NCBI GenBank assembly: GCA_964035545.1
Contig: OZ037765.1
Span: 1,922,001-1,986,000 of the forward strand
Reading direction: 5' to 3'
Length of the DNA stretch: 64,000 nucleotides
Source: Bugula neritina
Taxonomy: Eukaryota > Animalia > Bryozoa
This document shows positions 25,640 through 36,337 of this stretch, in pieces (the first letter of the stretch is position 1; each line of letters starts with the position of its first letter). The position numbers and the translations under genes are program-made. The notes beneath the pieces are model-generated. The model was given only the letters and a program-made list of their open reading frames with translations, did no database searches and was not told where the DNA came from.

Positions 25640-25775
25640 GTCTAGTGACTCTAGCCAGTAGCCTGTACCCTCTACTGGGTGTAGGTTGTAATTTCTTCTC
25701 CATTTATCTGTTAAGTCTTCCTCCAAGCCAAATGTTCTCAGGAGCATGTCTCCCTGGCCTGTCTAATTCCACGTA
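25640..25775 (-). mobile_element. Possible RTE LINE 3' end remnant
   Basis: TW...GDMLLRTFGLEEDLTDKWRR resembles the RTE C-terminal W...DM...L......W-R pattern. Confidence 0.35.
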
Positions 25776-28700
25776 GTTGTAGAAGGTAATTATAGTGTAT
25801 TATGGTGTAGCACTGTAGGGGGTAATTTCACCAACCAAGCTAGAAAAATTCTGACCTAGCAGTGTTTATACACAGCTGTCAATAAAGTAAGGCAAACATT
25901 CTTTCAACACAAACATCATTGAAGATAAACTTTATAATTTCCAATTGTGAATTTTAGAGATTGAATTTTTCATATATATTGAGCCTTTTCCACTAGTTGA
26001 TGTACATCTAGGCACCTTAGTACTAATCAATAAATTGCTGACTATCTAGTGTCCCTCTGGCAGCAGGGGCTAGGCAGCATGACTCATCGTAACTAAGGCT
26101 GACTCACACACTAGCTATTGATTAGTTCACTTGTCAGGTACTGAACTTGTCGCAGTAGAGAAGAATGCAAACAAATTAAACACTCTAAATGCGAGGACTC
26201 TGGGAATGGGGAGCACGTGTTGTGAATACTAATCATTGAGGTCCCAGGGGTGTGATGCCCGTAAGACGGTCTTACTGGTGTTAGATGACTCATAACTATT
26301 GTAGCGTCACACCAGTTGAACTTCCTGTCACAGCCATGTTCCATGGGAGTTTAAGACGTGTCCATGATTTATCAAACACCTGATGGGTTTTAATGCTTGA
26401 ATTTAAATTGTGTTGAATTGGTTAGAGCTAAGTTTTAGGCTGAGTGGATTTAAGTTCACACCTGTGATTTGAATTGTTCAATAGTGCTGCCTATAGGGAA
26501 ATATATTATATTATGTTCACTTTCTGAAGCTTCAGTGTTACTTTGTATGATATATTAAGATCCATTAGTTTAGCGTATCCACTTTAGAGGTACTTGAAAT
26601 GTTGACGATTCTAGAAAGTTCAAACTAGCTAACACACTTCAGATTCAGTATTTCACTCTCTCTACCCTCCGAACTAAAGAATCACGAAGGCAATACAAAA
26701 CAAAGTTACACTTTTATTGGACCTATCTATGACAAATATTTTATAATTTCAATATTAAACATTACTGAGGAGATTTAGGCTTTTGTATTTTCTTATTGAA
26801 ACTATTTAAAATATGTGGCTGCATTTTAATAGCTGCATTTGAACTACCAGTCTTTAGAGAATACTTTCTATACAACAAGTTTACTATATCACTATCTACA
26901 ATATCTACATGTATGATGCATGTGTCCCTGTAAAGTAGTCACAAAGTTGTTGACTTGTGGTAAAATTCTCTTAAAGTTTCTATTGAATTAGAGAATAGAA
27001 ACTCAGTTTTTTGTGGCTATCTTGTCACTTAATGTAAACCATATGCTTACTAGTTGGTAGTATTTTATTAGGAGTGGCCATTATGTAGTTGTTGGGGCAA
27101 ATTTCACTAAATTGTCATAGATTTCTAAATTTTTATTGAAGGAAAATGGACATAAAGATTTCTCAATTTTTAAAGAAAATGGAACTTGCTAAAAGATTCC
27201 AACTACATTTCAAGTATGCTTTTCGTGTAAATTGGTGCACATTACAAGTTTATCTAGCTGTGCGGTTGTACTTGCTGCCACGCTGCTGCCTCACTGCTGC
27301 TAGGGGCTATATCAAGTACACTAGGCTAACAGATGGCTCATGCTGTGTCTGATCCTCTGCCCAACATGTCCACCTGGTACGGCTACCTGTATGTCACCCC
27401 AGGAGATTCCGTATATTATATAACACATCACATAGTTCTGTTTACTCTTACTGTGTTACAATATTTGCTCTGCAATTTGTTTTGAGAAAAGAAAATTCAT
27501 TCTCAGAAATATCCACTTATGTTCGACTTTATCCTTTTATTTTCCCTTTGCGATGCGGTGCATTATGTAACCGGCTAGAAATAAAACCATCACGGAATTA
27601 AATCTGAAGGCAAGATGGGCACAGCATTCCTTAGCATTGTTATGTAACTGCATTTCTTAACGGAAATATTTTAAGTTTTCCAAATGAAGTTGACATGGAA
27701 GTATAAGTTGGGTAGTACTGAAGCTCAGGTGAGGCAGGTATGTCATGTGAGACCCTCACTTCAGAGCCACTAATTAGCTACCCTAACGAGCAGCAGGCCT
27801 TACACACTGCACTCATGTTTACCCTTCCCTTTGATGATAAGCACATTGAATCAGATAGACATCTACTAGCTGCTGTTTACTTATTAGTTCCAGAAATTAG
27901 ACTCCTGTGATGGGATTTCACTTTTACTATCTTTGCCAATTTTCTACCTTTAAACATTTGGGAATAAAAATTTTGGTGATATTTTTGGACTAAAAATAAA
28001 ATAGTCCTGCCAACCTCACCTGGCCTTCAGTACTACCCAAGTTATCCCTTTTATTCCACAGCAACTTAACTTGGAAAACTAGAAATACTTTTGATTAAAG
28101 ATGCTTTTAGAAGAAATGCATTGCCTAGTGGTGGTTGTTACAACTGTGCATTTTGCTGCTAAGTTTAGGAAAAGCGAAAGTCCTAGTTTTTTCGATGTAG
28201 GTTGGTGCCTTTGTATGTCAAACTAGTAATATTCTGCCGTTGGTTCCGAAGCATTTCAACAGCTGTATTCGCCAGCTCACTGGGGTGGTTGTTACAGCAT
28301 CTTGTCTCCTATTCCTGGTGCAAGAATTAGCCGAATGCACCTAGAGCAAGCTGTAATTATAGTTAATTTTGTTGGCTTGCAACGGTAATTATGGGTAGCA
28401 GTTTGGTCCTTTCTTGCTAGCTAATTCTGTCTAATACTATAATGGTTCTGCTCTAAATAGGACTCGAACTCAGTTATACTATGACAACTTATTTACCACC
28501 CAGTAGCTGTACACTGAAACCAATACAGATTCCTTCTGGAGACTGTTGTGTTTGATTTGGACATTGGATTTCAGATCCATTCATTTGTTTAGTAACTTAG
28601 CTATGAAACCCGGCCACCTACCCCCAAGTACTTGAAAATTTCATCCAAAAGTGTTTTCACTCTACTATTTGCAATGTAGTTTACAATAACTGCAGTGATG

Positions 28701-30085
28701 GCTGTTGATTCAAATGTAAACAGGCCCAGTGGCAGTGGGCACTTGATTGGCTAATTTGTGCGGCCATCTGTCGGCCTGTCGCGTGTGTATCTAGAATTTA
28801 GCACCTGCTGATTTTCACTGAGTTCAGGTTTATTCCACCTCGGTGCATTATTATCAGTGAAGAGATTTGTGTGAGCTTAGTGAAATACTGATGCTAGCTC
28901 TCACCTCCTTCCATATACAGCACCTTATGTTTGCTTTGAGCTAAATTAAAAAGTAGATGCAGAGTTTTATATACTTTATCTGATAAGTTTATGTACCCAT
29001 GTCCTCTTGAAACTGACTATTCTAAACAGAATTCAGTTTTCAAGGAACTACACAGCTTCTTATCACTCAGATTGAAAATTTAGCATCAGAATCTGATGTA
29101 AATGTTGTCTTATTGCATTGTATTCAATTGGGTTGCTTTGGTTAGGCAAAATATGCATTCCGGTAGAAAACTTCTAAGGTTTTTCGGCTGTATTTAAAAT
29201 AAAATAAAGAGCCAATACTTTAAATGTATGCTAGACCTTATATATCATATTTAAAGTCATTCAGCTTCTCTCATTTTAAAGATATTTGCAGCATTTCTAG
29301 TGTGCTTGTCACCAGCCATTAGTAGATCTTCAATTTGGCTTCTTTGAATATTGTTATGGCTCTGGGATGACTTTAGTTTTTTTAGAAAATCTCAAAGATT
29401 TTTTAAACTGAGAAACCAATTGACACTGCCCAATATTTATTATTAGACTACTAGTAGAATATGTGATGGTTAATTAGCTATTTTCTATTCATAAAGAGCT
29501 AAGGTAAATGCTTCACGGCACAATTATATTAGAATTCTACATTTTATTTGCAGCTAGTGAGCTAGTCACTTATAAGAGTTTAGTCTAACGACTCTGTTAT
29601 AAACTGTGCTAATAGCAGTATGCAAGTAGCTAGTATATAGGGACACTGATTGCAAACTAATAATATTATGCCCTAGTCATAAATCAACATTACACATTGG
29701 AGTTGTGCTTCCCATTTTAGCTTTTTGTGACTTGTTGAAACTTCTTGGCAACTAAGCTTGAAGTTCAAAAAAGGTTTTGGTTCTAGAAAGTTTATAATTT
29801 GTACATGTTTGTTTTAAATATTGTATCCATTTTGGTTTTTTCAATTAAATTAGGTTGCATATACCATTAGTAGTTTTATCCCTCCTAACAGTTCATTTGA
29901 AATTTGTTATTTATTATAAATAGAAGCTTCATAATGAGTACTTCATGGGAACTTTGTTAGAGTTTGAAATTCTATTTGATTTTATTTAGAAATGAAGTAA
30001 AATAACTTAACCTAGTAGTTTGCAGTAAAAAATGATACAAGACTGGGGTGGTATTGTCACCATTAAATTAAGTTGCCTACAATCG

Positions 30086-30215
30086 CCAATGTGTACACGC
30101 GTGTCGTGTTAGCCCCGCCCCTTATTAATTGCCCACCAATAAGGATTGATCAGTTGGTCGCAGTGGCTGGCGAACCCTATATAAATAAGCTGACCGCCTA
30201 GTAGCACCTCATTGT
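30086..30215 (+). promoter_or_regulatory. SoxC core promoter (CCAAT, GC box, CCAAT, TATA, Inr)
   Basis: CCAAT 30086, GCCCCGCCCC 30112, CCAAT 30136, TATATAAATA 30178-30187, Inr-like TCATT with its A at 30211 (~31 nt after TATA), 88 nt before the ATG. Confidence 0.8.
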
Positions 30216-30298
30216 AGAAATTAGTTCTATGGATGTAGTGTAAATCAGTTGGTAAAGTGAACATTTATAGTCTAGTATCCGTAACTATATCAAGCAAC

Positions 30299-30689
30299 AT
30301 GCTAACGCTATCAGCTGGGATTCGAGTTCCCATCAAGGACGTTGTATTTGGAAGTAGTACTGTTAAACCTGACTCAGCAACACCCTACACAGATGCCACA
30401 AAATGTAAGAAAGTAGTCGGTCACGTTAAACGTCCGATGAATGCATTTATGGTGTGGTCTCAAATTCGCAGACGACACATCACGGAGGCTCAGCCAGACT
30501 TGCACAATGCTGAAATAAGCAAACGACTGGGAGAGTACTGGAAATCATCTATGACAGAGGACGAGAAAAAACCTTTTATCGAGGAGGCAGAAAAGCTGCG
30601 TCAACTTCATTTGCAAGAGTACCCCAACTATAAATATAAACCCAAGAAAAAGACAGCACCAACTGAGGATTCTAACAATAATACTCTTG
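30299..30689 (+). CDS. SoxC: SoxC-group (Sox4/11/12-like) HMG-box transcription factor, exon 1
   Basis: [35 protein letters not shown]...[37 protein letters not shown]; TPYTDAT is the invertebrate SoxC pre-HMG motif; donor G|GTGAGT. Confidence 0.92.
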
Positions 30690-31074
30690 GTGAGTTTTTA
30701 TTTTCTTTTAATTTTTGCTCAATTAATATAAATTTTGTTCTCTAAAAATACGTAATTTTAAATTTATAGTATTCTATTAATATTATTTCCATGACTCAAA
30801 AAACAAACTTGGATATCGTTATCAACATATGTTCAACTTGAACTTCAAATGTTGCAATTATTAAAATTAAATATTATTCACTCATTCATGTTGCACATTC
30901 TGATTTCTCCAATCAATCCTCTACCAGACTTTTTAATTCAGGTTGTCATGGAAATATAACCTGCTAGCCGTGCTATGTCAACTCTGTACCTTGTTTTATG
31001 GTGTAAGCGACATAATCAACCAAATAGTTTAGCAGAATTTATCAAATGATTAATTGAAATTTATTATATTTCAG

Positions 31075-31706
31075 GTAAACCCAAAGCAATTAAGCGTAAA
31101 AATGTGGAGAAGTTGCCAGCTAATAAGCCTAAAAAGCTGATCATTGCAAAGAGTGGCAACATGGCTAGACTGTCTTCAGTAGAGACCTGTGCATCCTCCC
31201 TCTCCCCTGGGTGTCCCATCACACCAGCCTCTAGCGGCCACTGCTCAGGCTCCCCTGCCTCCGTCAACTGGCACGATGACTACTCGTACGCACCCCCAAC
31301 AGACCGCAGTAATGGAGGCAGTGTTTTTGACAGCCCCATGTCCAGTCCCTTCGACAGACAGGCTGCCAGTCCCTTTAGCGATCACAGCGTAAGCTCATCT
31401 TCCTACGGCTACAGCATGTACTCCAACAACTACGGTTATACGTCCCAAATGGACTACTACACGTCACCAGAGCAACAATACAGCAATCAGCAGTTCCTGG
31501 CAAACCCCTGCAACCAGGTGGTGATGCCCCCTCAACTGGAGTCTTCAGAGTTCTCCATTCCTTTGACTTCCGTTGGACTGGAGGAATTGGATAGCCTTGA
31601 ATTAGACCATAACCTGTTCCAAGAAAGCATGGTAACACCTGCACATGCTCAAATTGACTGGAGCATCATTAGCCCCTTAGAGGACAATGTTGATTTCACA
31701 TTATAG
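31075..31706 (+). CDS. SoxC: SoxC exon 2 (Ser/Pro-rich region, acidic C-terminus)
   Basis: TTTCAG|GT AAA CCC in phase 1, open to TAG at 31706; joined protein 340 aa; AT-rich 3' UTR with AATAAA near 32334. Confidence 0.88.
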
Positions 31707-33057
31707 TTTATAGTATTATATTAGTTTTTATTTCTCTACTTATTCCCAAGATAGATTAACAAATTTTAAACATTCGATACTTTTTATATAGCCTATGCAA
31801 CATATTCAATTCAGCAACTTTAAACATCCTAAATTGAACCTGCATGAGGGTTATTTTTGCAAGTTTAAATATTCCATATTTATTTTGCTCAGCATGAATA
31901 ATTCACTTTTTGTCACTTGAATAATATTTTTATGTATATAATGTATATCGTTTGTAGATACTAATACCATAATATATTTTAACTTGTAGATTAATATATA
32001 CCTTGCTGTATTTTGTATATACATACACACGCACCATATTAGTATTCCATATTATATTATGCACTTTTCTCTGGAAGGGATCAATGAGAAAGCACTGATG
32101 CTATTTGTGCATAGCATATCTTCTCAACTGCTCATTTAAATTACATTATAGTTTGGGACTTTTGCAATCCGATAGAAAACTTATTTTCTGCCTTGTCTCC
32201 CCATCTTTCCTTATAGGATTTTAGTTTTTTGTAGATGTGTGAATCAAGTATATGTATATATTTATAGTATATAATTCTTCCTGGTGCAGTAATAGAATTT
32301 ATGCGCCTGAAATTTCATTTATTTTAATTTAATAATAAATGAATTATGATCCTCTAAATACAAATCTGGTTATTGTGTAGATAATTGCAGCACCAGTGCA
32401 ATAACTGCAAGATATTGCCGCTCTTGAGTAAATTACTGTATACTCAATAATTTCAAGGGTAAATAATATCTGTTGGAAAACCTGTGGCCACCACATGGAG
32501 CTATTTTGTGGTATATCATCAGAGTTTTATGGTTAGTCCCTGTTTATTTAGATAGGTAATCTAAGGCTTGGGTTCTTTTACAATTCTATATCTATTATCA
32601 CTCTGCATACTAGTCTATAAAGGTCAAGGGATAAATTGAAATACCACAAGCAAACAATAAGATGAAAGTATACCACTAATAAAATATGATTCAAAAATGT
32701 AATCTTCAGATGTCTGATTCATGGCATAAGTTGGCATATTCATAGGTCACAAAATCACAGTATTATATCATGATCTACAACCTATTTTACTATCAACTGT
32801 AGCTGAATAACACATCTGACTCTATTCTAGGCTCATTTCCTGTAACATTCTTGAGAAGTGTAAATAATGCTCCACAGACTGTTGAAACTGATACTTTACT
32901 GTATTTACTCACCAATAGAGTAGAAATAGTTTTGAGTTGAGTAATAAAAGGTAGGCCTACGTGTTGACTAACTAAAGACTCTCAACTAACGCTGATTAAA
33001 GGGTTTGATGTTTCCCATTCCATGCAACATTAGCTACTGGAATACATGAAGTTAAAT

Positions 33058-33109
33058 ACAAATAATACAAACAAATAATACAAACAAATAATACAAACAA
33101 ATAATACAA
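33058..33109. repeat. Perfect tandem repeat (ACAAATAATACAA)x4
   Basis: Four exact 13-bp copies. Confidence 0.95.
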
Positions 33110-33589
33110 GACTAAAGGCCAACAGTCACATAATGAAATGAACTTGGTACCAGTGCCAAATTTAAGTAGGCGACTATGTACTAATAATATTGTTTTACAT
33201 TAAATCGCTAAAACGGAAAATATCTTTAATTTATAGCGTGAAACTCATTCGCAGATACAGAGGAGCAAAGGAGTTTAATTAGAACGTATTGCATTAGATT
33301 CATGCTTGTATTATTACAGAAATCAATAAAAATTATTGGTGAATAAAATATCCACAGCTTGTAGTGCTAGTAGTCTAAATGAATAGTTACTGTGTGTAGG
33401 TCACCGCAGCTTAAGTTGCAATTCATTTGCTCGTACTCACACAAATTCTCTGGAGTCTATCACTTTTCCTACTCAAATTAATAGCTTTTAGTTCGTAGGA
33501 GTACTCGCAAGTGTATCGCTGCCGCTATAACTAGTCGTAACTATCTGAAATAGAAAGAAGCTTTTTGTTTGCTCTTTAAAATCCTAAGG

Positions 33590-33697
33590 ATGAGGAAAAT
33601 CCTGTCAGTTGGGAAATACAATATGGACGGGGAGACGTTAGGGTGTGGAAATTTTGGGCGTGTAGAGTTAGCAACTCACACTCTCACTAACGTTAAG
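33590..33697 (+). CDS. CAMKL (HUNK-like/AMPK-related) Ser/Thr kinase, coding exon 1
   Basis: MRKILSVGKYNMDGETLGCGNFGRVELATHTLTNVK|GTAAGG; Gly-rich loop. Confidence 0.88.
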
Positions 33698-35182
33698 GTA
33701 AGGTTCGAGTACAAGAGCTTCCTCATACTGTATGAGCTTAGCTCAAGTAGTACATAGTAAGTTCCAAGTCTTGCTCAAGTGGCACTTAGTATGGTCACAT
33801 AGTAGTAATTCTGTAGAATATATACTTTCTCTGTTAAGGTTTGAAAACTGCAGGACTTTTGGCTATTTTAAAGTTTATTCTTCACTCAAATTTCCTTTAG
33901 GGTCCTTTTAGTGTAGAAATGTAGATGGTTGAAGAGCTTTATATTTGGAGTAAGTTAGTTTCATTTTAGGATTGGAACGAACAAGACTGGATCATGTGTA
34001 GGCTTGGAAATTTCAGTTGGTTTTTTATATTCAACTCTCATTCCTGGTTGCCAACTCAGCATGTTTAATCAAAACTTCAGAACCAGAAGCACAGCATTAA
34101 AGCAACATGTTGCACATGGCTGTAATGTGGGGAATAAGACTATACGAGTACATTGTATGCAAGGATTTGATTTTCATACTTGAGTTACCTTGAGTCCCCT
34201 TCTTTACACCACCTTCACATGCATCTTTAAGTTCTTCCGTTCAACTGTTGGCCTCTACCAGATAAAGATAATTGAAATCGCATACATTTTGCAAACTAAC
34301 CATCAACGTAATGTTGATAACTACAGCAACCAATTTGTTTATCAGACCTGCTCTGATACTAAGGGTGGCTTCCTAGCCCCACATCTAGCAAAAAGTTTTC
34401 ATATCTTTGGAGCCCAGCCTATTTGGTCCTAACAGTTGTTTGACAATTTTCATTGGTTTTATCACTTTATGAAGTTTTTTTGGCACTTCATTATCTGAAT
34501 TGGCGAGACCATTTGTTTATTAGAAAGATAAATTTGTGGTGAGCAGAGTTCAACCTCCGAGCTTATGGCCTTCCATATCTGCTATATTTAACTTGTATTT
34601 TTCTCTGTATTCCTTTCCCTGCATCATCTTCAATCAGCTTTAGCTTCATTTTCTCACCTCTTGCTCCTACCACGTTTTGTGATGACTTTTACTTCCACTC
34701 GTATTTTTTGCTTTTTGCATCCTTCTTATACTGGTTTTTCTTCCTATATAATCTCCATTTTTTTCCACCTTTCCTCTCATTATCTTTAAAAATGTTTCAA
34801 GATATGTATATTGTAATATATTCTGTACATTATTAGTTATGCAGTTTATTAATGTACATTTTGCAATTTCCCAGTATATAATTGCACAATGGCATGCTAT
34901 TAGTTTTTTCTGGTGGGGTATGTGTTACTTAGGTCTTATGCTATTGTTACATAATATCTTAGTTAATTAGTCTTTTCTCATCTTATCAGAGGATCATACC
35001 TTCTAGAATCTAGGCTGAGCGCATGCATCTTCCTCAACTTCTCCTTCATGCTGTAGAAGCTATTAAATTTGCTGAACTGACTAATAGAATTAGTTTGTTA
35101 ATCGACTGGCCTAGTTTAGTTGATATTGCCTTCTCATAACTCTAAGAATAGTCTGTTTTTAACTGAGATCCCTTCCCAGTAG

Positions 35183-35255
35183 CTCTCTGTGGTGCAATGG
35201 ATAGCAACTTCAGTGTGCAAGCCAGAGGACCCTGGTTCGAATCCCAGTGGGGGGA
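35183..35255 (+). pseudogene. tRNA-like sequence (tRNA pseudogene or SINE head)
   Basis: A box TGGTGCAATGG, B box GGTTCGAATCC, TTTT downstream; the anticodon stem does not pair, so it is not a functional tRNA. Confidence 0.65.
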
Positions 35256-36208
35256 AATATTTTACACTTCTCAAATAATTTGATTGAAAAGGTCTTCTAT
35301 AACTGAGCTAAAATTCTAATTTAAATATTACTCGCCATGCATTCACACAAATACTGTATGTATATAATAATGTTCACAACTGATGATATGTGAATTTCAG
35401 TTGTTTCTGCATAGGGGTCAAGGTTTTGAACTATCTCACACTTACTAACAACATAATTGTTGTCTTGCAGCTAACTGATGTGTATTTTAATTAGAATGTT
35501 ACAAGTAGACTGGTTCACCCTGAAGTACCCAAGTGTCTGAAATTCTATATCTGTCAGATACAGGCTGATAGCCCTCTTTAACAACACCATCTATTCATGA
35601 AACTCTCTGATTCACTTCAATTCACTGACCAAAATATTAATTGGATTTTTCAAGAATTCACTCCTTCACAACCTGTCAGAAATTAGCTAACTTCAGCGCT
35701 GTGGCTATTTTAAGTGGCTGTTTATTTTTGATCCTATGAATCTGCAAAGGTTAAGTCTGTCATCATCCGTGGGTCACAAAGTCAGGCAATTATGTGTGAA
35801 CGCTGTCTGCGCTAAAAGCAAACAAGTGCAAGAACTTGTTTATCTCGTACTCAAAGTTGGAGTAAATTCCACTTATCTACCTACTGCTGCCAGCAGTGGC
35901 TGCCTCTGTCTCAAATTAGTGCCAGCTACACATGCTTGTGCACTTCTGCTGTCAAAGTCAGCGACTACATAGGAACAGGAAGCCATATTTATGCAATTAA
36001 GGTAGAATCAGCACCGGTATCAGACCATGCTGCCTGGCCAGCCGTTGAGTGCTAACTGATTCTGATGGACACATCTGCTAATCATCAACTGACAAACCAA
36101 CTCCAGTCATAAACATCCAAAAGTCTCTAATAACTATTTTCTTATTACCTTTCCCTAAATTGTAATAAAATATCATGCTTTAAGTACAGTTGGTGCTTTC
36201 TTTTGCAG

Positions 36209-36337
36209 GTTGCCATCAAGGTGATAGACACTAGAAAGCTTTCCACTGCGTATGCAAGTAATAACCTATACCGAGAGGCCAGGGTTCTAGCCAGAGCTCG
36301 GCACCCTCATGTTGTGAGAATGTACGAGACGCTGAAG
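36209..36337 (+). CDS. Kinase exon 2 (VAIK, alphaC)
   Basis: CAG|VAIKVIDTRKLSTAYASNNLYREARVLARARHPHVVRMYETLK|GTACTG. Confidence 0.92.

Noticed and set aside
31064-31644. Alternative-frame and antisense ORFs over SoxC exon 2
   Set aside because: Expected in GC-richer coding DNA; no recognisable motifs.
30689-33592. SoxC exon 1 spliced to the kinase acceptor as an HMG-kinase fusion
   Set aside because: The phase-1 join gives GGA TGA, an immediate stop.
35183-35255. Functional tRNA gene
   Set aside because: Anticodon stem unpaired and acceptor stem mostly G-U wobble; kept only as a tRNA-like relic.
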